From: a virus
Taxonomy: Duplodnaviria; Heunggongvirae; Uroviricota; Caudoviricetes
Direction: 5' to 3' (one strand)
Length of the DNA stretch: 31,792 nucleotides
Virus record (IMG/VR): IMGVR_UViG_2822641076_000001
Coordinates: 121,830 to 153,621 of that record
The notes beneath the pieces are model-generated. The model had not been told where the DNA came from and made no database searches. It saw only the letters and a program-made list of their open reading frames with translations. Of this stretch, positions 1 through 8,176 are shown piece by piece. The translations under genes and the position numbers were made by a program. Positions within the stretch are counted from its first letter, which is position 1, and each line of letters starts with the position of its first letter.

Positions 1-11
1 AGAAAACGAAC

Positions 12-431
12 ATGCACAGAGACCAAAATTTCATTGTGAAAATCAAGGGAGAGTATATCACATCCTTACAAATAGATAATGACGGTAAAATCAGGCACAT
101 CGAAATGAGCGAAGATATGCAGGATGCGAAGACATTTAAGGTTGGTTCGACTCTATACGACTTTAAATCAAATCCGAAGAAGGTACTAGAGGAAAATTAC
201 AAGGATGTTGGATACGAACTTATCCCTGTGAAGTTAATGGTGGATTATGAGAATCCTATCTTCACAGAAGGAGATTTAATTGCAGTGAAGTTTGAACCTA
301 TGGTACATGGAAAAGTTGTTTCTATTTTCCCATTTGGTAATAACGATATCAGAGTAGAGCTAAATACTAGTGACGGAAATACTCACACTCTTAATTTACC
401 ACCACACATGTTAGTTAAAGTACACGGTTAA
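12..431 (+). CDS. hypothetical phage protein
   Basis: 139-aa ORF co-oriented with the downstream gene string; no motif recognised; start uncertain at the window edge. Confidence 0.6.
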   Translation: MHRDQNFIVKIKGEYITSLQIDNDGKIRHIEMSEDMQDAKTFKVGSTLYDFKSNPKKVLEENYKDVGYELIPVKLMVDYENPIFTEGDLIAVKFEPMVHGKVVSIFPFGNNDIRVELNTSDGNTHTLNLPPHMLVKVHG

Positions 432-468
432 AAATTTAAACAAACGTTTGATTAAAGGAGAGAAAACA

Positions 469-771
469 ATGTTAGGAATCATGGAAAAACCAAAAGAGCA
501 AGCTTACAAAGGAATAGCTGTAAAGCGTAGTACAGCATTGCCGTTAACATTCGGTCAATTAGTAGACAAGATTAAAGTCGGAGAAGTTGCTCACGCTACA
601 TTCAATGGCGATGAGGATGAGTGGTTTGTAACTCTAACTGAAAATGACTCACTTCGCTACTGTGATAAAGATGGCGGACGGGTAGGAATCTTAGTATCAG
701 TAACTTACAGTGTTTTAAAAGCAGATTACGAGATTATTAAATCAAAGAAAGAGGTTGAACAGAATGATTAA
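469..771 (+). CDS. hypothetical phage protein
   Basis: ATG at 469 follows SD AAAGGAG; overlaps the next gene. Confidence 0.7.
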   Translation: MLGIMEKPKEQAYKGIAVKRSTALPLTFGQLVDKIKVGEVAHATFNGDEDEWFVTLTENDSLRYCDKDGGRVGILVSVTYSVLKADYEIIKSKKEVEQND

Positions 772-1186
772 AACAATCAAGGAAGATATGAAACAAGCAA
801 TGCGAGACAAGAATAAAATAAAACTTTCAACATTACGTATGCTGATTGCATCGACAGAGAAAGAGCGAATTGCCTCTAAAGTTGAAGAGTTAAGCTCAGA
901 AGCAGTCATTACTTGTATCAACCGTGAAATTAAAGCTATCGGTCAAGAGATTGACGGTCTTGTATTAGCAGGTCGTGATACATCTTCTCAAGAGGAGCAA
1001 AAGGCAATCTTAATGGAATATCTACCAAAGCAGTTAACAGAAGATGAGATTGCTGAGAAGGTACGTGAAGTTACTGCAACTGCTCCAAACATGGGATTAG
1101 CGATGAAGCAGTTGTCAGCAGAATTAAAGGGTAAGGCAGATATGTCACTTGTATCTAAATTAGTCAAAGAAGCGTTCAGCAAATAA
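764..1186 (+). CDS. GatB/YqeY domain protein
   Basis: IKEDMKQAMRDKNKIKLSTLRML...EYLPKQLTEDEI...MGLAMKQL..ELKGKADMSLVS is the YqeY pattern; SD GAGG upstream of ATG 764. Confidence 0.9.
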   Translation: MIKTIKEDMKQAMRDKNKIKLSTLRMLIASTEKERIASKVEELSSEAVITCINREIKAIGQEIDGLVLAGRDTSSQEEQKAILMEYLPKQLTEDEIAEKVREVTATAPNMGLAMKQLSAELKGKADMSLVSKLVKEAFSK

Positions 1187-1213
1187 TTAGCTAGAAGCGA
1201 GGAACAAAATAAG

Positions 1214-1378
1214 ATGTTTATAATCAAAAAAATAATGGGATATTGTGATGGCTGTAAGAAGTTCTTCATGCTAACACATACCGTACATATGACTCACCGA
1301 AGCGGTTTGAAAGAAAAGTTAAGCTGTTGTGACGACTGTGCTGACTTCTATGAGGACATGCAGAGTCATTGGAAATAA
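1214..1378 (+). CDS. small CxxC...CxxC zinc-finger-like protein (54 aa; absent from ORF track)
   Basis: Manual translation MFIIKKIMGYCDGCKKFFMLTHTVHMTHRSGLKEKLSCCDDCADFYEDMQSHWK*; fills the gap between neighbours. Confidence 0.7.
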   Translation: MFIIKKIMGYCDGCKKFFMLTHTVHMTHRSGLKEKLSCCDDCADFYEDMQSHWK

Positions 1379-1398
1379 TCAATGAGGAGGAGCTTTTG

Positions 1399-1653
1399 AT
1401 GGAAAAGCAAATCGAAGCTCTCTCTATTGCACTTCACTGTATGTGGGAGCATTCTGACGACCCTTTGGTGAAGGAAGCAGGAAGAGTTTTAGAGGAAATA
1501 AGAGAGAAAGCTGAGAACGCAAGTCGAGTATTTACCAATGGAAAAGGCTTTAGGAAATATGTAGGACAAGACAAAAAGGATACAGACAACGCTAGAAAAG
1601 GATGGTATCAAGCAGATGTCATGATATTCAAGCGAGAGGATAATCAATGTTGA
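1399..1653 (+). CDS. hypothetical protein
   Basis: ATG 1399 after strong SD GAGGAGG. Confidence 0.7.
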   Translation: MEKQIEALSIALHCMWEHSDDPLVKEAGRVLEEIREKAENASRVFTNGKGFRKYVGQDKKDTDNARKGWYQADVMIFKREDNQC

Positions 1654-1829
1654 GTCCGTGGTTTAAAGAAGAGAATGAAATAATTTTAGACAACAATGTA
1701 GTTGTTAAGGAGAGTGAAGTTCCTAAAGAAATCAATCTCGATGGTGTTCCAATAGAGATATTGATTTGGGTACTCCTTTCAATAATTGCATGTCTAATTA
1801 TCATGGTGAGAACGAGGAGAAAAAGATGA
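1647..1829 (+). CDS. small single-pass membrane protein
   Basis: SD GAGAGG; C-terminal hydrophobic stretch ILIWVLLSIIACLIIMV followed by RTRRKR. Confidence 0.7.
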   Translation: MLSPWFKEENEIILDNNVVVKESEVPKEINLDGVPIEILIWVLLSIIACLIIMVRTRRKR

Positions 1830-2053
1830 GACATTTTACGATTATTAAGAAGTTTCCACACTACGACACTGATAAGAGTGGAGAGCCAACATCAACTACT
1901 CTATATGACGAGGACGATGTAATGATTTTAACAGGTGATGATTATCATGACAAAATCGACGAGATGATTGAAGGATTCTTCCATGCTCTCGACTACATCT
2001 GTGGTACTGGAACGTACAAGGTTAAAACTATGAGTATAAATGAGGCGGAATAG
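1826..2053 (+). CDS. hypothetical protein
   Basis: ATG 1826 overlaps the upstream stop (ATGA); SD GAGGAG. Confidence 0.7.
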   Translation: MRHFTIIKKFPHYDTDKSGEPTSTTLYDEDDVMILTGDDYHDKIDEMIEGFFHALDYICGTGTYKVKTMSINEAE

Positions 2054-2533
2054 ATGCAAAAGTATTGGAATCAAGTAGAGATTGCTGAGATTAAATCTAT
2101 TAGTGGAGTAGGCGGAAGCTTTGGCGACGACATGGATGTTTATTTCATAGTATTCATGAAGGACGGAAGTACAGCTCAATTTCACTACAATTCACGAATT
2201 GCTTACGAGAAGCGTCGAGAACTTAAAAAACTATACAACGAGTTTAATAATGTTGGTGAGACTTATCAGTTAATGAATGAAGCAGATATCCGAGTAGGTG
2301 GTGTATCAATCCCGTTCGGTGTACGTGTTGATAATAGTCTTGATGAATCAGAGATTAAGACTTTCTTAGAGATTGAAGAGTTAACAAAGCAAGGAAAAAT
2401 CATTGATAACGGACGCAGACAGCTAGCCTACATCTGCTTACTAGATATTCAGAATGGCAAGATTGTTCGAGGCACATTAACAGATGCATATCGCAAACAG
2501 TTGGATGCTATGGGCATTGTCTATGAAGAATAG
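2054..2533 (+). CDS. hypothetical protein
   Basis: 159-aa ORF abutting the upstream stop; SD GAGG. Confidence 0.75.
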   Translation: MQKYWNQVEIAEIKSISGVGGSFGDDMDVYFIVFMKDGSTAQFHYNSRIAYEKRRELKKLYNEFNNVGETYQLMNEADIRVGGVSIPFGVRVDNSLDESEIKTFLEIEELTKQGKIIDNGRRQLAYICLLDIQNGKIVRGTLTDAYRKQLDAMGIVYEE

Positions 2534-2768
2534 TGAAATCCCCGAAATCAAATTAGTAGATGGACGATTAGGTCTTCCAGTTGATTTGATTAAAGAAATT
2601 GAACTAGTTGATGAGATTATCGAAGGAGAGCAATACAATGTCCTAATCACTTTGAAGAGCAGTAAAAAGCTACTTGTGTTCTTTGTGGAAGAGGAGCTTG
2701 AAAAATTCATCAAGACTCTCCCTAAGATTCTAGAACTAATCAAAGATGATGAAGAATATCTGCCTTAA
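2523..2768 (+). CDS. hypothetical protein
   Basis: Overlapping ORF in the operon; start uncertain. Confidence 0.55.
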   Translation: MKNSEIPEIKLVDGRLGLPVDLIKEIELVDEIIEGEQYNVLITLKSSKKLLVFFVEEELEKFIKTLPKILELIKDDEEYLP

Positions 2769-2838
2769 AAATAAGGGATTTTTGGATCTGATTTATTCAG
2801 TAAAATAATAGTTTTATACAACAGAGGGAGCGATACAT

Positions 2839-3195
2839 GTGCCGAAAGTTGTGGTCGCAGGAAGTAGAGACTTCAAGGATTATAAAACGCTCCACGACCG
2901 CTTATTAGCTAATCTAAAGAGATTCCCAAAAGAAGAGATAGAGATTGTTAGTGGTGGAGCTAGAGGAGCAGATTGGCTAGGAGAGCAGTTTGCTAAGCAA
3001 TATGGATTGAAACTTACGGTGTTCCCTGCTGAATGGGAAGAATACGGTAACTCAGCAGGACATCGAAGAAACTATGACATGGCTAAGTATTCCGATATCT
3101 GCTTCTGTTTTTGGGACGGGGCGAGTCGAGGAACTAAGGGAATGATTGACTTGGCTATTAGAAACAAAATAGAGCTACATCTTTACGTAGCTTAA
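2839..3195 (+). CDS. SLOG-superfamily (YspA-like/DUF2493) protein
   Basis: VVVAGSRDF, IVSGGARGAD, AGHRRN, FWDGASRGTKGMI motifs. Confidence 0.88.
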   Translation: MPKVVVAGSRDFKDYKTLHDRLLANLKRFPKEEIEIVSGGARGADWLGEQFAKQYGLKLTVFPAEWEEYGNSAGHRRNYDMAKYSDICFCFWDGASRGTKGMIDLAIRNKIELHLYVA

Positions 3196-3209
3196 AAGGG
3201 AGTGGAATC

Positions 3210-3611
3210 ATGCATATTACAGAGTTATTGCAGAAGCTTCAAATTGGTCAGAGGGCATACCGAATGAAAGATGGAAAAAAGGACTACATCAAACGTGAAG
3301 AGTATGGAATTGTTTTTGAATCTCCTAATTTCATGCTTGGACTATCACAAGATGTATTAGAATCTGACTGGAAAGTTGAACGAATTTATTTAACTCCAAG
3401 TGAGATTGCAGGTGCGTTAGCAGATGGTCGAGAGCTTGTCAGGTATAACTATAATGAGGAGTTCATGGGAATCTACCGATTTTCCAAGGAGCGTGGATTA
3501 ATGGAGCTTTATAGCAAAGACAGTGAAAGATGGCATACGGTTCATCCTGCAATGGATGCTATCTTCACTACTAAATGGTTACATCGTACAAATACAAGAC
3601 CAATTAAATAA
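3210..3611 (+). CDS. hypothetical protein
   Basis: 133-aa ORF with SD GGGAG. Confidence 0.75.
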   Translation: MHITELLQKLQIGQRAYRMKDGKKDYIKREEYGIVFESPNFMLGLSQDVLESDWKVERIYLTPSEIAGALADGRELVRYNYNEEFMGIYRFSKERGLMELYSKDSERWHTVHPAMDAIFTTKWLHRTNTRPIK

Positions 3612-3632
3612 GGATTTAAAGGAGAGGGAATT

Positions 3633-4235
3633 ATGGAATCAACTAAATACACACAAGAGCTAGTAGGAGACTACATCACATTACACACAGGGAAGCGTTT
3701 CTACCCACTACAGCCACGCAAAGAGGACATCACTATCTTTGATATTGCTCACTCTTTATCACGCATGGTGCGCTATGCAGGACACTTAGACGCACTATAC
3801 ACAGTTGGAGAGCATTCACTGGGATGTTACCACTTAGCTGTTAAATTAGGATTACCTTTACGAGTTCAGATGTTTGCTTTAATGCACGATGGCTCAGAAT
3901 CTATTGTCTGTGACGTACCACGTCCAGTAAAACAGGTCATTCCTCAATACAAAGAGATTGAAGACCGTATCATGAACACGATTTGGGACATGGTTGAAAT
4001 CGGGAAGCCGACACAAGAAGAGTACCGTCTTGTTAAAATGTTAGACAATACAATGTTGTACCATGAGTTTGAACAGCTAGCAGGTCGTATTCATGAATTT
4101 CCCGACGTGGAATATTTTGAAGACACATCAATTAACTTAACTTGTCGTCGTAATCGAGATGAGGTAAAGGCTGAATTTATTGATGTATATAACCATTTGA
4201 AAGAGGAGATTTCTTATCATTCCTTACAAATGTAA
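3633..4235 (+). CDS. HD-domain phosphohydrolase (YfbR-like 5'-deoxynucleotidase family)
   Basis: IAHSLSRMVRYAGH...YTVGEHS...LMHDGSE..VCDVPRPVK...D metal-binding pattern. Confidence 0.85.
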   Translation: MESTKYTQELVGDYITLHTGKRFYPLQPRKEDITIFDIAHSLSRMVRYAGHLDALYTVGEHSLGCYHLAVKLGLPLRVQMFALMHDGSESIVCDVPRPVKQVIPQYKEIEDRIMNTIWDMVEIGKPTQEEYRLVKMLDNTMLYHEFEQLAGRIHEFPDVEYFEDTSINLTCRRNRDEVKAEFIDVYNHLKEEISYHSLQM

Positions 4236-4258
4236 TAAATAATGAATAGGGTGATTTT

Positions 4259-4816
4259 ATGAACCAAGAAAGATTAGTCATTGTCACGGGTATGAGCGGA
4301 GCAGGTAAAACCTACCTGTCCCGACGAGCCTTTGGCAATCATACAGAATGTGTTTCTCACACTACTCGTCCAATGCGAGAAGGAGAGGTTCACGGATTAG
4401 ATTACTACTTCATCAGTCAAGAGGAATACGCTGAAATGAGTATTAATAGAGAGTTTGCTGAGATTTCAAATTATCATTACAACTCATATGGAGTAACAAA
4501 GAAAGAGATTAACTCAATCATTGAAGCAGAAGGATTTGCATATGTAGTCGTGGACTTCCAAGGCTATCAACAGCTTAAAGAAATATATCCAAATGCTATT
4601 GGTATTTTCATTTATGCATCTAAGGATGATTGTGTCTACAACATGCTACAACGTGGAGATACCGTTGAATCAGCTTTAAAGCGCAATGAGACATATGAAG
4701 AAGAGTTAAAAAATAAAGGGCATTATGATTTTGTAATTAAAAACGAACGCAATATGGCATCACTTACAATCGAGATTCTATCACGAATCAAAGAAATGTA
4801 CGCCAAGGTGAATTAA
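4259..4816 (+). CDS. gmk: guanylate kinase-like nucleoside monophosphate kinase
   Basis: P-loop GMSGAGKT plus the GMK signature SHTTRPMREGEVHGLDYYF. Confidence 0.88.
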   Translation: MNQERLVIVTGMSGAGKTYLSRRAFGNHTECVSHTTRPMREGEVHGLDYYFISQEEYAEMSINREFAEISNYHYNSYGVTKKEINSIIEAEGFAYVVVDFQGYQQLKEIYPNAIGIFIYASKDDCVYNMLQRGDTVESALKRNETYEEELKNKGHYDFVIKNERNMASLTIEILSRIKEMYAKVN

Positions 4817-5398
4817 TTGGAATTAGTTTTAAATCTCGAACTGCCTACATCTCTTAATAAGCTCTATACGAATCAAGCTAACTTTAATCCAAAAACAAAA
4901 CGATATGTGCCAACAGGTAAGCGGATTCTGAGCAAAGAGGGTAGAGCTTGTAAGATGCGACTGCAAAAGTATGCGAAGTTGCAATTACGAGAACAGAAAG
5001 CCAACTGGGACTACGAATACACCAAGGAAAACTTCATCTACATGGATACAGTTATCTACTTCAATAAGCGTGGACGTGATGACAACAACATTTATAAGTT
5101 GTTGTGTGATGCTCTTGAAAAGATTGTCTATGACAATGACTCACGAGTTCTAATCCGCACACAACGTATTCTGTATGACAAAGAGAATCCAAGGGTTGTA
5201 GTTCGACTGAAACCAGTTAAATACAGAGGAATCTTTAGAGACCAAGAACAGGTTAATGAGTTTGAGAAGAATTGTAAGACATGTTCGAGATATCGGAAAG
5301 GTTCATGTTCAATCTTAAAGCAAGCTAAACAAGGATTTATCCAAGCAGAGTTAGATGAGAAGATTCTGACTTGTCATTCCTACAAGTGTAAAAAATAA
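4817..5398 (+). CDS. rusA: RusA-family Holliday junction resolvase with Cys-rich C-terminal extension
   Basis: LPTSLNKLY N-terminus; RDDNNIYKLLCDALEKIVYDNDSRV catalytic Asp pattern; TTG start. Confidence 0.85.
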   Translation: MELVLNLELPTSLNKLYTNQANFNPKTKRYVPTGKRILSKEGRACKMRLQKYAKLQLREQKANWDYEYTKENFIYMDTVIYFNKRGRDDNNIYKLLCDALEKIVYDNDSRVLIRTQRILYDKENPRVVVRLKPVKYRGIFRDQEQVNEFEKNCKTCSRYRKGSCSILKQAKQGFIQAELDEKILTCHSYKCKK

Positions 5399-5418
5399 TG
5401 AATTGGAGAGGGAAACAA

Positions 5419-6285
5419 ATGAAAAAATATATGAAGATTGTACGCTATGGAAAAGGTTCTATCAATATGATTAAAGCAGGAGAACACATCACAGTTACAG
5501 AGAAATTAGATGGAGCTAATGCTTCGTTCAAGCGTGATGGAAACCAAATTCTCTGCTTCTCACGTAATAAGCAATTAGATGAAAAAGAGACGCTTCGTGG
5601 GTTCTACAACTGGGTTCAAGAAAATATTGTAGCAGAAAAATTAGTTGAAGGTGCAATCTATTATGGCGAGTGGTTAGTGCGCCACAAGTTGGACTATGGT
5701 GAAAATGCAAACCAATTCTACTTATTTGATATCTATGATGAAGAACTTGAGAGATATTGTTCATTCCCATCAGTTAAAAATGAAGCTGAGCGACTTAACA
5801 TCAATCTAGTCCCATTACTTTACTCAGGAATGTTCCAGTCTCACGAACACTTAGAGTCGTTTGTAGGGCAGTCGCAATTAGGCGAGGTAGGAGAAGGGGT
5901 AGTGGTTAAGAACACTTCTGCTACGAATAAACATGGTGAACAACAATTCTTCAAGATTGTCTCCTCTTCATTTAAAGAAATGAATGGTGCAATTCCTAAG
6001 AAACAGAAGGAAGCACCACAGCGACTTGGTTCAGATTTCGTTGAGAAGTTCCTAACAACTGGACGAGTTGAAAAGATGTTACATAAGCTAGTTGATGAAG
6101 GATTACTTGAAGAAGACTATGACGTGACAGACATGGGGGTTATCCTTAAAAATATGGGTTCACGTATGTTTGATGACATCATGGAAGAGGAAGCCGATAC
6201 ATTATTCACTGACATTAAGCAGGGTATCGGACGAAAATTACCTTCACTAGTTAAAGAAGTTTTACTAGAAAATAATAAAATGTAA
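5419..6285 (+). CDS. ATP-dependent RNA ligase (Rnl2-like)
   Basis: Motif I EKLDGAN, YGEW, FYLFDI, motif IV EGVVVK, motif V FKIVS..FKE. Confidence 0.85.
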   Translation: MKKYMKIVRYGKGSINMIKAGEHITVTEKLDGANASFKRDGNQILCFSRNKQLDEKETLRGFYNWVQENIVAEKLVEGAIYYGEWLVRHKLDYGENANQFYLFDIYDEELERYCSFPSVKNEAERLNINLVPLLYSGMFQSHEHLESFVGQSQLGEVGEGVVVKNTSATNKHGEQQFFKIVSSSFKEMNGAIPKKQKEAPQRLGSDFVEKFLTTGRVEKMLHKLVDEGLLEEDYDVTDMGVILKNMGSRMFDDIMEEEADTLFTDIKQGIGRKLPSLVKEVLLENNKM

Positions 6286-6295
6286 TAGCAATTTA

Positions 6296-6330
6296 GAGGA
6301 CTTGGAATATTTTTCCCTGTCCTCTTTTTT
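6296..6330 (+). terminator. intrinsic terminator of the early/middle operon
   Basis: GAGGAC...GTCCTC stem followed by T6. Confidence 0.7.
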
Positions 6331-6387
6331 CATTATTTGTTATACTTGCATTTAGAACAAAAGTATTACAGTGAGAGGTGGGGTGAT

Positions 6388-7380
6388 GTGAGAGAAAATA
6401 TAGAGAAAATATTTAGACAAGAGGTTCGGGAGAAGAAAAGAATCGGTTCTAATATATTTAGCAGGGTTTCTACTAGGAAGGGTGGAAGTTACTTTCACGT
6501 TCCCTATTTATATATGTCCAAGAAAGAGCAGAAAAAATTAAGCGGAGAGGTGCGAGCGTACAATATGTATGAGATTATTTCTATAGAAGAATTTAACAAG
6601 AAAAGCAAAGACGAGCAGAAGATGTTATTTGAAGCATGGAGAGAGAAACATACAAATGGTCAAATTATGCAAGGAATGGGTATAAGTAAAGGTGCATTCA
6701 GTAAATGGATGGACGAGTTAAACATTGAAAGAAAACCAAGCAATTTATCAAGAGGCATAAGTGAGTCTGAGAAGATTGAAGTATCAGAAGAAGAGCTAGA
6801 ATCTATGAAGAAAGAATTATGCGATTACGAGACATTTAAAATGTTACCATCACACCAACAGGAAGAATTATTTAATATTTATTATGGAACTCTATATAAA
6901 AAAGGAAAACAACTAGCAAATGCATGGGATGTAAATCCAAGTGTTATCTATTCTTTACAGTATAAATTTAATCAAAAGAATAAAAAAGAAGAAGCTAAAC
7001 AACAAAAACAAGAACAAATAACTATAGACGAGCAACCTAAGGAAGAGATTAAAAAAGAGGAGATTAAAGCTCCTGTGGTACAGCCTGTAGTAGAGCAAAT
7101 TGCTCAAGAAGAGGTAGCTGTAACACTTCAAGAAGAGGTGGCAGAAGAAGCAGAAGAAGTAGTTGCTGTAGCACCTGCACTAGAAGTTGTAAAAGCAAAA
7201 GAACCAAAGAAAGACTCTAATACAGTTGATGTAGAGCTTAACGGTCAAGTATTTAATTTCGAACTAAAAGGTGAGTTTAACACTAAAAAATTCCTTAAAC
7301 GTATGAAGTTCATGCTAAAAATGTTAGAGGATGAACAAGGGTCATTTGATATAGAAATTAAGGTTAAACAGAAAAACTAG
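6388..7380 (+). CDS. hypothetical phage protein with two HTH-like repeats and an acidic tail
   Basis: GTG 6388 after SD GAGGTG; repeats F..(KS/LP)..(E/Q)Q..LF...(IM/LA)..(M/W).(I/V)....(F/I); Glu/Val/Ala-rich linker. Confidence 0.75.
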   Translation: MRENIEKIFRQEVREKKRIGSNIFSRVSTRKGGSYFHVPYLYMSKKEQKKLSGEVRAYNMYEIISIEEFNKKSKDEQKMLFEAWREKHTNGQIMQGMGISKGAFSKWMDELNIERKPSNLSRGISESEKIEVSEEELESMKKELCDYETFKMLPSHQQEELFNIYYGTLYKKGKQLANAWDVNPSVIYSLQYKFNQKNKKEEAKQQKQEQITIDEQPKEEIKKEEIKAPVVQPVVEQIAQEEVAVTLQEEVAEEAEEVVAVAPALEVVKAKEPKKDSNTVDVELNGQVFNFELKGEFNTKKFLKRMKFMLKMLEDEQGSFDIEIKVKQKN

Positions 7381-7417
7381 GCATTATTCCAATGTTGTTT
7401 CTTCTTGTTAGTATTGA

Positions 7418-7426
7418 TGATATAAT
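7418..7426 (+). promoter_or_regulatory. extended -10 sigmaA promoter for the type I toxin
   Basis: TG-A-TATAAT about 80 nt upstream of the toxin ATG; -35 poor. Confidence 0.6.
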
Positions 7427-7504
7427 CAAGAGGTAACTTAATATTGCAGGGTGGGAGGTTGCATTTCCCTTTCTCTATTTTTGAGAGAAGGGAGGTGAAA
7501 CCTT

Positions 7505-7657
7505 ATGGATATTCTATTGCTTATACTAATTGAGATGCTAAAGACGATTGTCAGAGAAACAGTAGTCTTCGGTTTCAAGAAATTAAGTAAGAAACGCAAT
7601 AAGAAAACCACCCGCTCCCTCAAGCGTGGTGGTTCACGAAAAAAACGAAACAAATAG
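7505..7657 (+). CDS. type I toxin-like peptide (50 aa; hydrophobic N-terminus, very basic C-terminus; absent from ORF track)
   Basis: MDILLLILIEMLKTIVRETVVFGFKKLSKKRNKKTTRSLKRGGSRKKRNK*; SD AAGGGAGGTG can pair with upstream TCCCTTTCTCT; YonT-like architecture. Confidence 0.75.
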   Translation: MDILLLILIEMLKTIVRETVVFGFKKLSKKRNKKTTRSLKRGGSRKKRNK

Positions 7658-7740
7658 ATTTGTGCAACCAACCACCTTGCGGTGAAGGGTTACAATCGCA
7701 GAGGTGTTGACAGCACCTCTGTTTTAGTATATGGATTTCT
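7601..7740 (-). ncRNA. predicted antisense antitoxin RNA overlapping the toxin 3' end
   Basis: - strand TG-T-TATACT (-10 at 7747-7752); - strand terminator AACCACCACGC/GCGGGTGGTT + TTCTT at 7601-7634; hairpin CAGAGGTG/CACCTCTG at 7699-7721. Confidence 0.65.
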
Positions 7741-7780
7741 ATCTATAGTATAACACAACGTAAAAATTTTTAAAACAAAT

Positions 7781-7888
7781 AGAAAAAGAACCACCCTAAA
7801 CGAGTGGTCTAAGTGAAAGTAAAAGAAAACGCAAAAATATTGCAGACTACCACAGCATAGTAGCCACATTAATAAAGCGTAATATCTT
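7781..7888 (-). ncRNA. predicted orphan antitoxin-like sRNA
   Basis: TTGCTT(7918-7923)-N17-TATAAT(7895-7900); terminator GACCAC/GTGGTT + CTTTTT at 7781-7809; resembles the first antitoxin. Confidence 0.5.
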
Positions 7889-7914
7889 AATTATATTATA
7901 AAGGTAATTGTTAT

Positions 7915-8016
7915 AAAAAGCAAGAGAGCAACCACACATGTTGCCCTATATAAAATAGTTACACATACACACACATGGTTAAAGGAGAAGTGGTAGTTCA
8001 TCTTTAACCGAACACA
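7915..8016 (-). ncRNA. predicted LexA-repressed sRNA (~100 nt)
   Basis: Promoter TTGCAA-N17-TATAAT; stem GGTTAAAG/CTTTAACC; terminator GGGCAAC/GTTGCTC + TCTTGCTTTTT; no credible SD-led ORF. Confidence 0.55.
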
Positions 8017-8051
8017 TGTTTTATTATATACGAACAATAGTTCTGTTGCAA
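8009..8051 (-). promoter_or_regulatory. sigmaA promoter with two LexA (Cheo/DinR) boxes
   Basis: -35 TTGCAA 8046-8051, -10 TATAAT 8023-8028, 17-bp spacer; CGAAC-AATA-GTTCT at 8031-8044 and CGAAC-ACAT-GTTTT at 8009-8022 versus consensus CGAAC-N4-GTTCG. Confidence 0.75.
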
Positions 8052-8176
8052 GGTATTTTTTTCTAATTATCATATTAGTTTATCCTTCTTTTTAGATAAA
8101 TGGTAGTTCTGATATTCGCAAAATTATATGATATAATTTTCTTAATTAATCAAATAATTTGAAAAGAAGGGATGGT

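Noticed and set aside
988-2743. - strand ORFs 988..1269, 1628..1861, 1928..2185 and 2477..2743
   Set aside because: Antisense to well-supported SD-led + strand genes
3633-4816. Z-base (DatZ/PurZ) pathway
   Set aside because: The HD protein is of a related superfamily, but no PurZ or MazZ is in the window; this HD family is common
6356-6369. LexA box AGAAC-AAAA-GTATT
   Set aside because: Two mismatches in the GTTC half, and no well-spaced promoter around it
7438-8073. - strand ORFs 7438..7671 and 7891..8073 as proteins
   Set aside because: No credible SD; they cross predicted promoters and terminators; better explained by the toxin gene and sRNAs
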